Positions 36,101 through 48,300 of a DNA stretch of 64,000 nt are shown here, piece by piece. The stretch lies in assembly GCA_002269645.1 (NCBI GenBank), contig NIVC01003291.1:42254-106253 (forward strand), given 5' to 3'. The notes beneath the pieces were generated by a model. It worked only from the letters and a program-made list of their open reading frames with translations, ran no database searches and was not told the DNA's origin. Position numbers and translations under genes: made by a program. This DNA comes from Macrostomum lignano (lineage: Eukaryota). Position 1 is the first letter of the stretch. Every line of letters starts with the position of its first letter.

Positions 36101-38691
36101 GACTGAGTGAAGGAGTGAATGAGTGACTGAGTGAAGGAGTGAATGAGTGAAGGAGTGACTGAGTGAAGGTGTAAGCTATTCAGCGAATCAGTGAGTAACT
36201 GACTGCGTGAATGCATGGCAGCGTGACTGCTGATGCGCTATAATGTGAGGAGTTCTAGCCAGACAAACATTCACGCACATTAGCATGATAAAAAGCAAGA
36301 AAAATGTTTTTATTTTCTGTACAACATGTGCCAAGCTAGAGCCCCACACACTGCAGAGTATACTTGAGCAAGAAAGATATGGCTAATAAACTCGTACCGC
36401 ACTGTGAGCAGCGACACCGCTGCACCCGCCAGCACACCCGGCTTCCGGAGTAAACAACATGACGTGCGACGAGTATATATTAATATAGTGCACACCCGTG
36501 CTCCCTTCAGCCCTGATTACCTTCCCTCACTACCCGACCGGTAAAGGATGATGAGGGGAGAAAGGGATGGCATGGATAACCCCCTCGCCCTCTGCTCTAA
36601 AGTGCATTAGCATGGTATCTATCATGCTACACTGCTGAATAAGCTCCGTCTCTGCCCGATCGCGCTTTCTGTATTTCTATGTACTTTCTGTAGCCTTCTA
36701 AGATCGCCTTGTGTTTTGGTAAAGTAAAGTCAGAAATTAACACCTTGGAGAGCCGTATTATTGAGCTGAGAAGTCTGCAACAGGATGGTCTGGGCATAGA
36801 ACTCGTAGGTGTTTATTATGCCCCGCCTGTATTATACTGGCAGAATAAATACCTGTTGCTGAGTAGGAGTACCTGGTACCTGATCGGCTGCTTTTCGGCG
36901 GCTCTTAATCACTGCCTGGGGCGGCCGCTGCATCAGCTGGTTAAACTGCAGCTGCCCCAGTCGCCTACGAAATGTGTTGTTTTCTTGGTCAAGCCACTGT
37001 TTTTGCGCAGAAACGCGGCAAGATTGTTTGATAAACAACTCAGAGAGGATGGCATTGCCGCGCTTTGAGAGTCAATTATTTTGCTTTTGCCCACACCATT
37101 TAAAATACTGTCAACAGAAAAATTGCACTATAGAAAGCTGAAATAAGCTGAAATCAAAGTGAGGGGAATCGATCAAAAAAATTTTGATAATGGGCAATTT
37201 AATAAGTGAATGAGTCACTGAGGCTACAAATGAGAGAGTGGATGAATGACCGAGTGACTGACTGACTGACTGACTGACCGAGTGACCGACCGGCTGAGTG
37301 AATAAATGACCGAGTGACCGACTGAGTGAATGAATGACCGAGTGACTGACTGAGTGAATGAATGACCGAGTGACTGACTGAGTGAATGAATGATCGAGTG
37401 ACCGACGGATTAAGTGAATGAATGACCGAGTGACTGAGTGAATAAATGACCGAGTGATTGACTGACTGAGTGAATGAATGATCGAGTGACTGACGGATTG
37501 AGTGAATAAATGACCGAGTGACTGAGTGAATAAAAGACCGAGTGACTGACAGAATGAGTGAATGAGTGAGTCACCGAACTACTGAGTGATTGAGCCATAA
37601 AGCTCTTTTTCTATTTGAAAATTCTGCTACCAATGCACGTATATCCTTGCAAGATTCTGGGAAGTTAACCCATTCGAACTCTGTAACTACCCTCACCTTC
37701 CACGTGGCCTCATTTCGCCGGAAGAAGGCAAAGTTTCGTTGAAACCAAATGTAGATTTCGTTCAACGTCAACTGCCGATTAATTGACTCGATGATTGCCT
37801 GCAAAGGAAACAGTGGAACTGATATGTTGGAACTGAAAACAAATACATAGTGTAAGGCGGCGGCAACTCCGATTAAAATCGTAAGCACCTGTCTAATCAA
37901 CGACGCGTAGGTAAATGGCGGTCTCGTATCGCTTCTGTTGTAGAATTCGCGATTTTTCTGAAAGTCTGCAACCAGAAAAGGCGGGTACGCTGGCGGTGAA
38001 TCGACCTCGTGGGATGTTGGGATTAAAAAAATTGTTTACAAGAATCCTTAGTCTTTTGAGCTTTATCTTCGATATCTTCGAGTCGTGTGCTAGAAGCGCG
38101 CAACCAGAATCACGTCGTGTGCTAGAAGCGCGCAACCAGAATCACGTCGTGTGCTAGAAGCGCGCAACCAGAATCACGTCGTGCGCTAGAAGCGCGCAAC
38201 CAGAATCACGTCGTGCGCTAGAAGCGCGCAACCAGAATCACGTCGTGTGCTAGAAGCGCGCAACCAGAATCACGTCGTGTGCTAGAAGCGCGCAACCAGA
38301 ATCACGTCGTGTGCTAGAAGCGCGCAACCAGAATCAGACCGTCAAGAATCAAACTGAGGCAGTTTTTTGGATGAAGCATTATTCCAAGAAATATATGAGG
38401 GAGCCTGGCCAGTTCTTGAGCCTAAAGATCTCACCTCCGCCAAGGGACAGTGCGAACTTCTCCGGCAGCCGTCCGCGTCTTGACGGACCGCAGGCTCCGC
38501 TTGCGCCACTGGCAGAGCCGCCGCTACAGCCGGCCACAGACAACTGCGCTGACGGCTTAGGGGAGACTGGCAGTAGCTGAGCCGGCTGATGCGAAGGTCC
38601 ATTCTGTACTTGCTGCTGCTGCTGCTGTTGTTGGCAGCTGCTGCCCTGAGCTAATCCAGACGTCATGCGCGATAAAGTGACATTATAGTGC

Positions 38692-38738
<47 letters not shown>

Positions 38739-39806
38739 TTGTTGCTGTTGTTGATGTTGTTGTTGTTGCTCAAACTCAACAGCCTGCTTCTCGGCCAGAC
38801 AGTCGCGCAGATGCTTCGCCATGTCCATCAGGCGGAGCCGCTCCTCGGCCAGGCGGGACTCAATCGCGCGCACGCAGGCCACCTGGGCTCGCAGCTGGCC
38901 CAGCCTGGCAAAGTCCAGCGGGTGCTCGCGGACAGCGTGGGCTGACAGCTCAACCTCCGACTGAGGTCCTCGGTGGTGACAGCCGGGCCAGCGGCACCAA
39001 CCGGAGCTGGGAGTTGCGGCTGGCTGCTGCAGCTGCGAATCGGTGGGGCCGGAGCTGACGTTGAACAGAGAAGCCGCCTCGAGGAGAGCGTGGCCAGCTG
39101 CGTCCGCCAAGCCGGTAGCTGCGGGATCCTGCGGCTGCAGCGGCGGTGGCGGCGGCGGCGGCTGCGACTGCATCTGCAGGAGCTGCTGCTGCTGCTGAAT
39201 GCCACGCGCTTTCCACAGAGCGTCGGCAGCGGCGGCGGCTGCGCTGGCTGTGGCTGACGCATCCGAGGGCGGCGGGGCGAAGCAGGAGTGGCCCGGCGGC
39301 CGACCAGAGCCAAGGCTGCCGCCGGGCGACCAAGCGTTGCTGCCACTCAATGACAGCAGAGCGGAGGACACCTCGTGCTGTTGGAGTTGCTGCTGAGACT
39401 GCTGTTGCTGCTGCTGTTGCCAAAGTTGAAACAGTTGTCTCTGCAGTTCTTGCTGCCCGATTCTCTTGAAGTTATGAATTAGGCATTGAAGAAAAATGAA
39501 GCAGCATATTGTTGACAAGGACTGCTTTCACAAGCTCGAAACTTTATCTGCTTGAAACTTCAACTTCGTTAAAAAAAGACTTACACAGTCACTTTCAAAA
39601 TCTCAAAGAAGCCTGCAGAAAGACTTTTCGACAAATGAAGTTTCAAGCTTGTGAAAAAAGCCCTCCTTGACTATAGGCCTCAAAAATCTATACGGGCAAA
39701 ATCTCACGATGTTCTCCGCGTTGCTGTCACTCGGCGGCGAGCTGTTGCTAGAAGCAGACAAATTTCTAGATTTGCTCTGGCTCAGGTCCATCATAGCCGA
39801 TTGCAT
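33200..39806 (-). CDS. FoxP: FoxP-family forkhead transcription factor (Q-rich region, C2H2 zinc finger, leucine zipper, forkhead domain)
   Basis: Exons (minus strand) 39806-39708, 39464-38435, 37965-37889, 37798-37697, 35437-35307, 34859-34703, and a last exon at about 33460/33424-33200. Zinc finger/zipper CRWPGC...[10 protein letters not shown]...[30 protein letters not shown]. Forkhead [20 protein letters not shown]|[19 protein letters not shown]...ATWK|[27 protein letters not shown] is diagnostic of FoxP. The first and last exon junctions are less certain. Confidence 0.92.
33470..34400. repeat. Adjacent 18-bp (CTGACCTGATCTGTCTGT)n and 21-bp (CTCAGATTGCCAGCCCCAACT)n minisatellites in the last FoxP intron
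   Basis: 18-bp array at about 33470-33680 and 21-bp array at about 33695-34400; explain ORFs 33333-34430 and 33442-34413. Confidence 0.93.
34920..35295. repeat. 15-bp minisatellite (CATAGCTGTGTACAC)n, FoxP intron
   Basis: Direct reading. Confidence 0.9.
35705..36170. repeat. 16-bp minisatellite (GAAGGAGTGACTGAGT)n, FoxP intron
   Basis: Direct reading. Confidence 0.9.
36832..37062 (-). other. Candidate alternative (duplicated, diverged) FoxP forkhead C-terminal exon
   Basis: A phase-0 AAG acceptor at 37063-37065 gives [37 protein letters not shown]..., which is alignable to the canonical NAVRHNLSL...[23 protein letters not shown] exon. Stop at 36832, AATAAA at 36812-36817. Confidence 0.5.
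37240..37572. repeat. Degenerate (GAGT/GAAT/GACT/GACC)n tetranucleotide array, FoxP intron
   Basis: Direct reading. Confidence 0.85.
38085..38336. repeat. 32-bp minisatellite (TGCTAGAAGCGCGCAACCAGAATCACGTCGTG)n, FoxP intron
   Basis: About 7.5 near-perfect copies. Confidence 0.93.
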
Positions 39807-41235
39807 TCGGTTCCTGTGATTTAATTTGGATTGTTGTTGGTCAACAATCCTAAACAATTAATTAGTGGCAACGATCAGCCGAGAAAACCGAACTTGAGAG
39901 TGGCGCGGCGTGAAGTTCTGCTGAGTGAAGTCCTGTGACCTGTAACTATATAATAACGCGCTACTGGAGTTAGCTATATAGCCAATAGAGGTCCCTTTAC
40001 AGTGTATAGAGATTATACTCTGAAGTAGAGAAGGCTCGAGTTGCGGTGCGCCGCCCGAAGCCGCACGATGGTAAACAAAACACAATTTGTCTGTAAACAC
40101 TCAACTCTCAAGTCTCAAGCAGTGTGTGGCTTACACCAGCTGCAGGCAGTGTTTGGGCCGTCTATTTTTACTTCTCTAATGCCCTCGATATTGCTCTTGC
40201 TCTTATCTCCTCTCCGTTTAAGCCCTCCGTTCCCGTGTGGGTGTGCGCGGGCGTGGGCTTCAGGGTTAAATAAGAAAGAACATTTGGAAACAAACAACAC
40301 AAACAGGGCGTGTCGTCCAATGAAATTGCGGCATTACAGCTCCCCTCTCCGGGGGCGTTAGTGGGGTGGCTGGGTGGGGGCAGAGGTTGTTGTGACGGCT
40401 TGTCTGCGCGCGTGGACGGGGCTGCGAGGTCTCGACTCTCGGCTGAAGCAGAGAAGCAGCAGTGAGGGAAGGCGATTGGCGGCGAAGACTTGTGCTTGTG
40501 GACAGCATGCCAGAGTCAATCCTTCATGAAAGGGGTCAGATCAGAACGGGAGGGTTCGTTTGACTCGGTTTGTTGTTTTGCTCTTGCTGCTACTTTTAGA
40601 CGTTTTACATTTTCCTGGGTAGAGCTTTAGCCTATAACTATCAGCTTCATGTTTTTGTTTACGAGACGCTTTTATACAGCTGTATATCGCTCGCATAGGG
40701 CTCCGACCTCCGAGGTCAAGTCAGAATTGTGCCAAACAGTTTACAGAGTGTGCTGTTTCGTCGTTTGTCAACAAGAATTAGAGATCAACTGCCTTTTTAG
40801 TTGTTAACGCTGTGCATAGCGCTTAACTGATCTACAATTAACGGCCTACATACGATCAATATATGGACGCCTACATGTACAGAATTTTTTCTATTTGAGA
40901 GGAAAGCGGGGGAATGCCCATACATACTGCATTTTGGGAGTCTTTAAAGGGAACCCACCATATGTGGCGTTATCCAGGTTTTCATTTTGGGGTTCAGGAG
41001 ACAGCAGAGCCGAAATACTCATTATGATCTATCATCTATGTCATTTTAACGTACATATGTACATGTATCACACTCTCCGAGGAAATATTAAATATTTTTT
41101 GTCAGGGAAGGGCGGTGGCAAAAGTCTCAGTTCTTAGTCACTGACAAAATATTTTTAGCTTCACAGGCAAGAGATTTTTGTTTTTAAAATAGTCCTATCA
41201 ACACTTTTTGTTGAGACATTTACATATGTGTAAAC

Positions 41236-41672
41236 CAGGGGCGTCGCCAACGGGGGGGGGAAGGGGGGACATGCCCCCCCCCCCCAGAAAAAGATCGGGG
41301 GGGCATGCCAATGCTTTGTCCCCCCCCACCCCAACTTGTGGCCCGTTGTGGAAATCAATAATTTTGCTGCATGACGACAAAACATATAGCACCTGCGGCG
41401 CTAAAATGAGTGCTCTTGGCGCTAAAATGAGTGCTTGTGGCGCTTCAATGAGTCCCTGTGGCGCTAAAATGGTGCCTGTGGCGCTAAAATGAGTCCCTGC
41501 GGCGCTTCAATGAGTGCTTATGGTGCGCTAAAATGAGTCCCTGTGGCGCTAAAATGATTGCTGACAACACCGGTTCTGAAAAGAATGTACATGTAGGAAT
41601 TTAGTCGTTTACATGTACATGTAGAATTCTTGGCTTTGTCCCCCTACCATAAAATCCATGGCGACGCCCCTG
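41236..41672. mobile_element. hAT-type MITE (437 bp) with an internal 21-bp tandem repeat
   Basis: TIRs CAGGGGCGTCGCCA / TGGCGACGCCCCTG; perfect 8-bp TSD GTGTAAAC (41228-41235, 41673-41680). Confidence 0.9.
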
Positions 41673-42359
41673 GTGTAAACCATACACAGTGTACCTGCAA
41701 TTCATGGCAAGTACGTTACATGATATTAAAGAATAAATTGCTCAACTTTGTTCCTGAAGGAACTAAATATATACATGTGCATATGCACATTGTGTACACT
41801 GACATCACAGCGCCCTTCTGTGTGGGTTACACGACCGTGCACAATGCATATTTACATTGTACACAAAACTGCTGGCCTGCTGCACTAATTGGATCTAGAT
41901 GAACTAAATCTAAATAATTGTCATCAATATTGAGAGTATTTTAAATTGATCAAAAATAGTTTTTAATATGAGCTTGTATGTTTTAATGATGAATTTAGAC
42001 TGAAATAAAGATTAGATGATTCAAAGTCACAATCGACATTACGAATTAACAAACGAATGATTCTTAGAAAATTTAAAATGTGCACGTGTCTAGTTGAGCT
42101 CGTGACAGTTAAATAAATACATACTGCGCTTTGAAGCAAGTAATCATTATTACTGTCAAGGGCCTAATGCGAGTTCTGTATCTTACATTTGCTTTTTTTA
42201 ACTCAGACATTGCACTTGATACAGTTAGAATTTGTGAAGTAAAATAATTATCCACAAACGTACTGAATTGAGTATTGAGTTAAGTTATTTAAAGTTAATT
42301 TTTTCTTAAGTTCTTAACCATCCAGATATTTTTACTTTTACTAAATTAAAACTTTTACA

Positions 42360-45300
42360 ATGTCTGCAAACAACAAGCGAACTATTTTAATTGGCGTCGC
42401 TGGTGGAAGTTCATCTGGAAAGGTAGCCAGCTGGCAAGGGGAATTAAGTAGGCCTACTGTAACTTGTAAACTTGGCTTAGTATGCACTATATGTGTACAG
42501 TTATATTTATTGAAATACGATGTGATTAACTGGCCATATGACATCTGTATGATAATTAACAATAGAGATTGTAGCACTGCATAACTAACACTAGTCAGGA
42601 GTTGACTCAAAATGAATTGGATGAGAGTAAAAAAGTAGGCAGTTGTTATTTGTCTGGTGACTGGACGAATAGCAATGTGGTTATTTGTCTAGTTACTCTG
42701 ACAAATTAGGCATTTTGTTATTTGTCCAGTTAAATTGATATTCTATTTTACAGAAACTACAAGGATGAATATTCCTAGACTTTAAAGACTTCTAACTCAT
42801 CTTGATTATTATGTTGTTATACTAGCATATGTCTTATATACCAAACTATGCCAAATTGCATATGCATTATACATATATGCTTTGCTTGCACTAGTATACA
42901 ACAAAATATTAATCAAGATATGAGAAAGGTCTAAAAATCTAGAATATTCATCACTAAACAAATAGATACTAATGTTAGCAATTTAACCAGTCATCGAACA
43001 AATAACAACTGCCAAAAATAACCTAATTAGACCAGCAACTTGGTTCATTTTCATATCATTTTGATATGTTTAGGCCTATTAATTTTTTGCAAGTATACCA
43101 GTCATACATGCGCAACCTCCAAAATTTGATTGGCTGTGCAACTTAGTTTTACCAAAAATGCGACATAGTTTTTGGCCAAAAATGCGACATAGTTTTTGGC
43201 CAAAAATGCGACTTACATGTAAAAAAAACCAAAAGCAAAATTAACGCAACTTTTGGTAAACGGCAGGATCAACTATGACTGTCTTATAAAGCCAAAATGC
43301 CTCATCAGCTACTTAGTACTAATACTTGGTGTTTTTTTGGGTGGGCATTTTTGCGACTTCCTTGGTTGGCCGCCAAATCGGTTTGGCCAGATTGGCCAAC
43401 TTGGCCGACTGTTGCGCATGTATGATACTAGTAACCAAGGCAATGGTACCAACCCCTTAAGGTTAAGGGGCCCAAATCCTAAACTCAAATTTATGCTCAA
43501 CATTTCTAGCATTAGGGGCCTACCACTGTTAGGAAGATGTCTAGTGTAAACCAGAGTTTTTTAGGCAAAATTTTAATTTTAGGTTATACTAGGTATACTA
43601 AAAAATTGAAATGTGACATTGTTATGTATACCAAATTTTTAAAATTGTGCAACTTTACTTTTATGACAATAAAGGTCCTTTTTGCATTGCAATATTCAAT
43701 CATTTATATATATAGGGTGGTCCAGAAAGGTCTCCTGGACTACAAACAGAGTTTTTCTTTGCACTAGATTGATGGATTGGGCTGAAACTTGACCTGCTTA
43801 AACTTTATTCTAAATATTTTTTTGTCTAATAATCTTAGCAATTGCTAAAAAAATCATGAAGTTATAGCAGTTTTTCTAAAAAACATTGTTTTTTGTTAAA
43901 TCAGTTGGGTTTTAGCACAATCTGCTATGTAGCTATTAGTCAGTGCTCCACAGGATGACCTTTATTGTTGATACAAGTCTGCAGGCACTTCTTAAAGCTA
44001 TCAAGGCTGTTGACAACAAAGTCCGCTGGCATATCCTGCATTACCTACATTATCCATGCCTTAAGCTCATCTAGGCTGTCCACTGGCTGTCGGTAGACAT
44101 TGTCTTTCACCTATCCCCAGACAAAGAAGTCCATAGGGTTGAGATCAGGACTGCATGCAGGCCAATGAATTGTCCCATAACATCCAATTTCATGCTCCTC
44201 AAAGTTGTGCTGAATCCATGCATACACATTAAGCCCAATGTGGGCAGGAGCACCATCCTGCATTAGCCACAAGTCACCAGCAACAAATGCCTCATAACTC
44301 TGAACCACAAGCAGAAACTTTGTATCTAGCATTTCTACGTACCACTCAGAATTTATTGTAACAGTTGCACCCTGTGTATCCTCAAAAAAGAAAGGTCCAA
44401 CAATGCTGCGGGACCAAATTCCAGCCCAGCATGAGATGCGTGGACTGTGAAGGAGCATCTGGATAGAGAAATCTGGGTTTTCAATGGCCCAATACTGCGA
44501 GTTCCAGGTGTTAGTGTGGCCATGCAGGGAGAAATGAGCCTCATCAGAGAAAATGATGTTGGTTAACATTTCAGGATCACTGTCAAACATCTCCAGCATA
44601 TCAGTTGCAAATAGCACTTGCACCTCATGGTTGGCCTCATTCATTGCCTATTGATTGTGTATGCGATTGGGGTGAAAACCACTCTTATCCAGCACACAAA
44701 GGATGGACTGATGGCTAACATTTAGCTCCCAACTTGCACAATGTACTGACTGTTGTGGTTGCTCCTTGAAGTGTTGAACAACTTGTTCCACATTCTCAGC
44801 AGAACAAGCAGTCCATGGACACCTAGAAATTGGTCATCAAGCCAAACCAAACTCATAGGCCACCTTAAGTACATCTTTGATGGTCTTAGCATCTGGATGG
44901 CATTGGTTAGCAGCCAAATTGAACTCATGATTCCATCGCCGCTAGACCAACAGTGGACTCTTCAATTCATCCAGCCAGGATGCCATTTAAATCTTTCAAC
45001 TGGCATGTAAGTCATAAAGCTAGAATGAAGTTTAATAAAGTTTAAGCAGGTCAAGTTTTAGCCCAATCCATCAATCTAGTGCAGAGAAAACTCTGTAGTC
45101 TGGGAGACCTTTCTGGACCACTCTGTATATATATTATAATAAAATAAATATCATGCTTATTTTACCTTAACAACAACTTGCAATTGCACAAAATTCTGAT
45201 AGGCTCTACTTAATTTCTTTAAAATAATAATAGGCCTACCACATTTAAATATTTTTATTTTTTATTGGTATTCCTTTTATCTCTTAAGCACTACTATATT

Positions 45301-48300
45301 TTTCTTCAAAATATACTTATTGCCTTTTGTAACAGAAACTAGAATATGCTTGCACCATTTTTCAAATAGCTTTATATATATAATTTAGAAACTCTGGCAA
45401 TCCCCTAGTCTATTGCATTAAATTATTTTCAATTTTTAATAAGGTTGCTATAAGGTAATAAGTAGGGCCTATCTTTGAATTTGGCCTTGATGTCTTGTCT
45501 TAGAACCCTTAATAATATTGGTATAAACAGTTTCTATTTGCTAATAGAAATGGCTGAGTGATTCCCAAGGTTGTGCATATATGATCTATTGATCATTTTC
45601 TCAGCTAGTGCAATAATCCCTTTTTCATCTAGTGCACTAAATCATGACTTATTAGGTGCAATAATAATTTTCTTATGTAGTGAAATAATCCCTTTCTAAG
45701 CTTTAGATCCTAATCTTAAGATCCAAGCTTATCTTAGCTAGTGCAATAATCTATTTTCAGCTAGTGCAACAATTCTTTACTCATCTAGTGCAATCAATAA
45801 TCCCTTTCTTAGCTAGTGCAGTAATTCTTTTCTTTTCTAGTACAATATTTCCTTTCTAAGCTAGTGCAATAATCCCTTTCTAAGCTAGTGCAATAATCCC
45901 TTTTTAAGCTAGTTCAATAATCCCTTTCTCATCTAGTGCAATAATCCCTTTCTAAGCTAGTGCAATAATCCCTTTCTCATCTAGTGCAATAATCCCTTTC
46001 TAATCTAGTGCAATAATCCCTTTCTAAGCTAGTGCAATAATCCCTTTCTAAGCTAGTGCAATAATCCCTTTCTAATCTAGTGCAATAATCCCTTTCTAAG
46101 CTAGTGCAATAATCCCTTTCTAATCTAGTGCGATAATCCCTTTCTAATCTAGTGCAATAATCCCTTTCTAAGCTAGTGCAATAATCTATGTCTCAGCTAG
46201 TTAGTGACAATTGGAACTGAGCCACAGACCCATCTATATGCTTTGCAGAAGATTTGGGAATTCCTTCTCATTCTAGTTGTCTTAGCTCACTGAGCACATC
46301 TTTATAAATTTCTGGAATTTCCGTCTCTAGAGTTTTCAAGCAAGATTTTTGCTTAACTCTTCTTGATAAGAATTTGCTGATCAGAGTGGTAACAAAATTT
46401 AGTCATTGGATATATTTCTTTACTCATAGAATTTTTTTTCAGTTTTATTACATTTACAGAGTAAGTTTTTTTAAATTTCCATAACAAGAAAAATAAAAAA
46501 ACAAGACAAAGTATGCAAACAACATTTAATAACAATAGTACATAGTTCAATATTAAAGTCAATCTATCAGTTCACATTAGCATTACAGTTTATTGCAGTT
46601 AGTGCTTAGCTCAGGTTTTCTTTTTTCCATTAGCAATTGAAGATGCAATCAGGTAGCAGCTTCCTCCAATTAGCATCATACTGACCAGAATAGCAGGCGT
46701 GATAATTGATACAAATAGTAGTTCCTCGATTTTCACATTTTCCATTGCTATGTTAGATGTTTTTATTAGTTAATAGATAGATAATCTTGTTTATGTGCAA
46801 TTCATGACATCAGTGCCTAGATGTGCTGCTTACAAAAACTCTCTAGTTCTTGTAGTAATTCTGTAAGCCTGCCAGTTGTCTATGGCTGCAGCTTCACAGC
46901 TACTCAACTTTTGAACCGTTGACTTCTAAAAATGGTGTTGGACAAGAGATACAGATAATCTGTTTGAGGTTTTTTTAAGGTTGGTTTCTAAGAGAATCTG
47001 GCCGTGATTTATGTTGGTTGCTGAGAGAATCTGCCCTTGGTTACTGAGAGAATCTGCCCGTGATTGATGTTGGTTTCTGAGAGAATCTGCCCTTGGTTTC
47101 TGAGAGAATCTGCCCTTGGTTACTGAGAGAATCTGCCCTTGGTTTCTGAGAGAATCTGCCCGTGATTGATGTTGGTTTCTGAGAAAATCTGGCCGTGATT
47201 GATGTTGGTTGCTGAGAGAATCTGCCCTTGGTTACTGAGAGAATCTGCCCGTGATTGATGTTGGTTTCTGAGAGAATCTGCCCTTGGTTACTGAGAGAAT
47301 CTGCCCTTGGTTTCTGAGAGAATCTGCCCGTGATTGATGTTGGTTTCTAAGAGAATCTGGCCGTGATTTATGTTGGTTGCTGAGAGAATCTGCCCTTGGT
47401 TACTGAGAGAATCTGCCCTTGGTTTCTGAGAGAATCTGCCCGTGATTGATGTTGGTTTCTGAGAGAATCTGCCCTTGGTTTCTAAGAGAATCTGCCCGTG
47501 ATTGATGTTGGTTTCTGAGAAAATCTGCCCGTGATTGATGTTGGTTTCTGAGAGAATCTGCCCTTGGTTTCTGAGAGAATCTGCCCTTGGTTTCTGAGAG
47601 AATCTGCCCTTGGTTGCTGAGAGAATCTGCCCTTGGTTTCCGAGAGAATCTGCCCTTGGTTGCTGAGAGAATCTGCCCTTGGTTTCTGAGAGAATCTGCC
47701 CTTGGTTTCTGAGAGAATCTGCGCTTGGTTGCTGAGAGAATCTGCCCTTGGTTGCTGAGAGAATCTGCGCTTGGTTGCTGAGAGAATCTGCCCTTGTTTT
47801 CTGAGAGAATCTGCCCTTGGTTGCTGAGAGAATCTGCCCTTGGTTTCTGAGAGAATCTGCCCTTGGTTTCTGAGAGAATCTGCCCTTGGTTGCTGAGAGA
47901 ATCTGCCCTTATCGGCAGTGCAAGCGGAATGCCTATTGCTTACGCCTGAGAGTCAACCGGTTCTGATTCTGTCATTCCCGCACTCATCCAACAGACCTCC
48001 GTATGCGAGCGCATCATGCAGCAGCTGTCTGGGCCCGGTCAGCTGTCCAGTCGGGTGGACATGCTTAGCATGAGCTCATTCTATCGGAGGCTGACAGATG
48101 AGGAAAGAAAGGCAGCTCAGGCTGGCTTGTTTAATTTTGATCATCCAGGTAATTCTACTCAGTAACGATTTGTGTAGGCTGCAATTGTGGTGGGCTTTCA
48201 CCTTTGTGCATCTGCTCGTATCATACTTTTATTACCTTTGTATCCTTTGTAGCATTGTGACATGCGAATTGAGTCTCTGAAATCCCCAAGGCATTCAAAT

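Noticed and set aside
43453-43470. CCCCTTAAGGTTAAGGGG palindrome as a TTAA-type (piggyBac/Kolobok) footprint
   Set aside because: Too short, and no partner terminus was identified.
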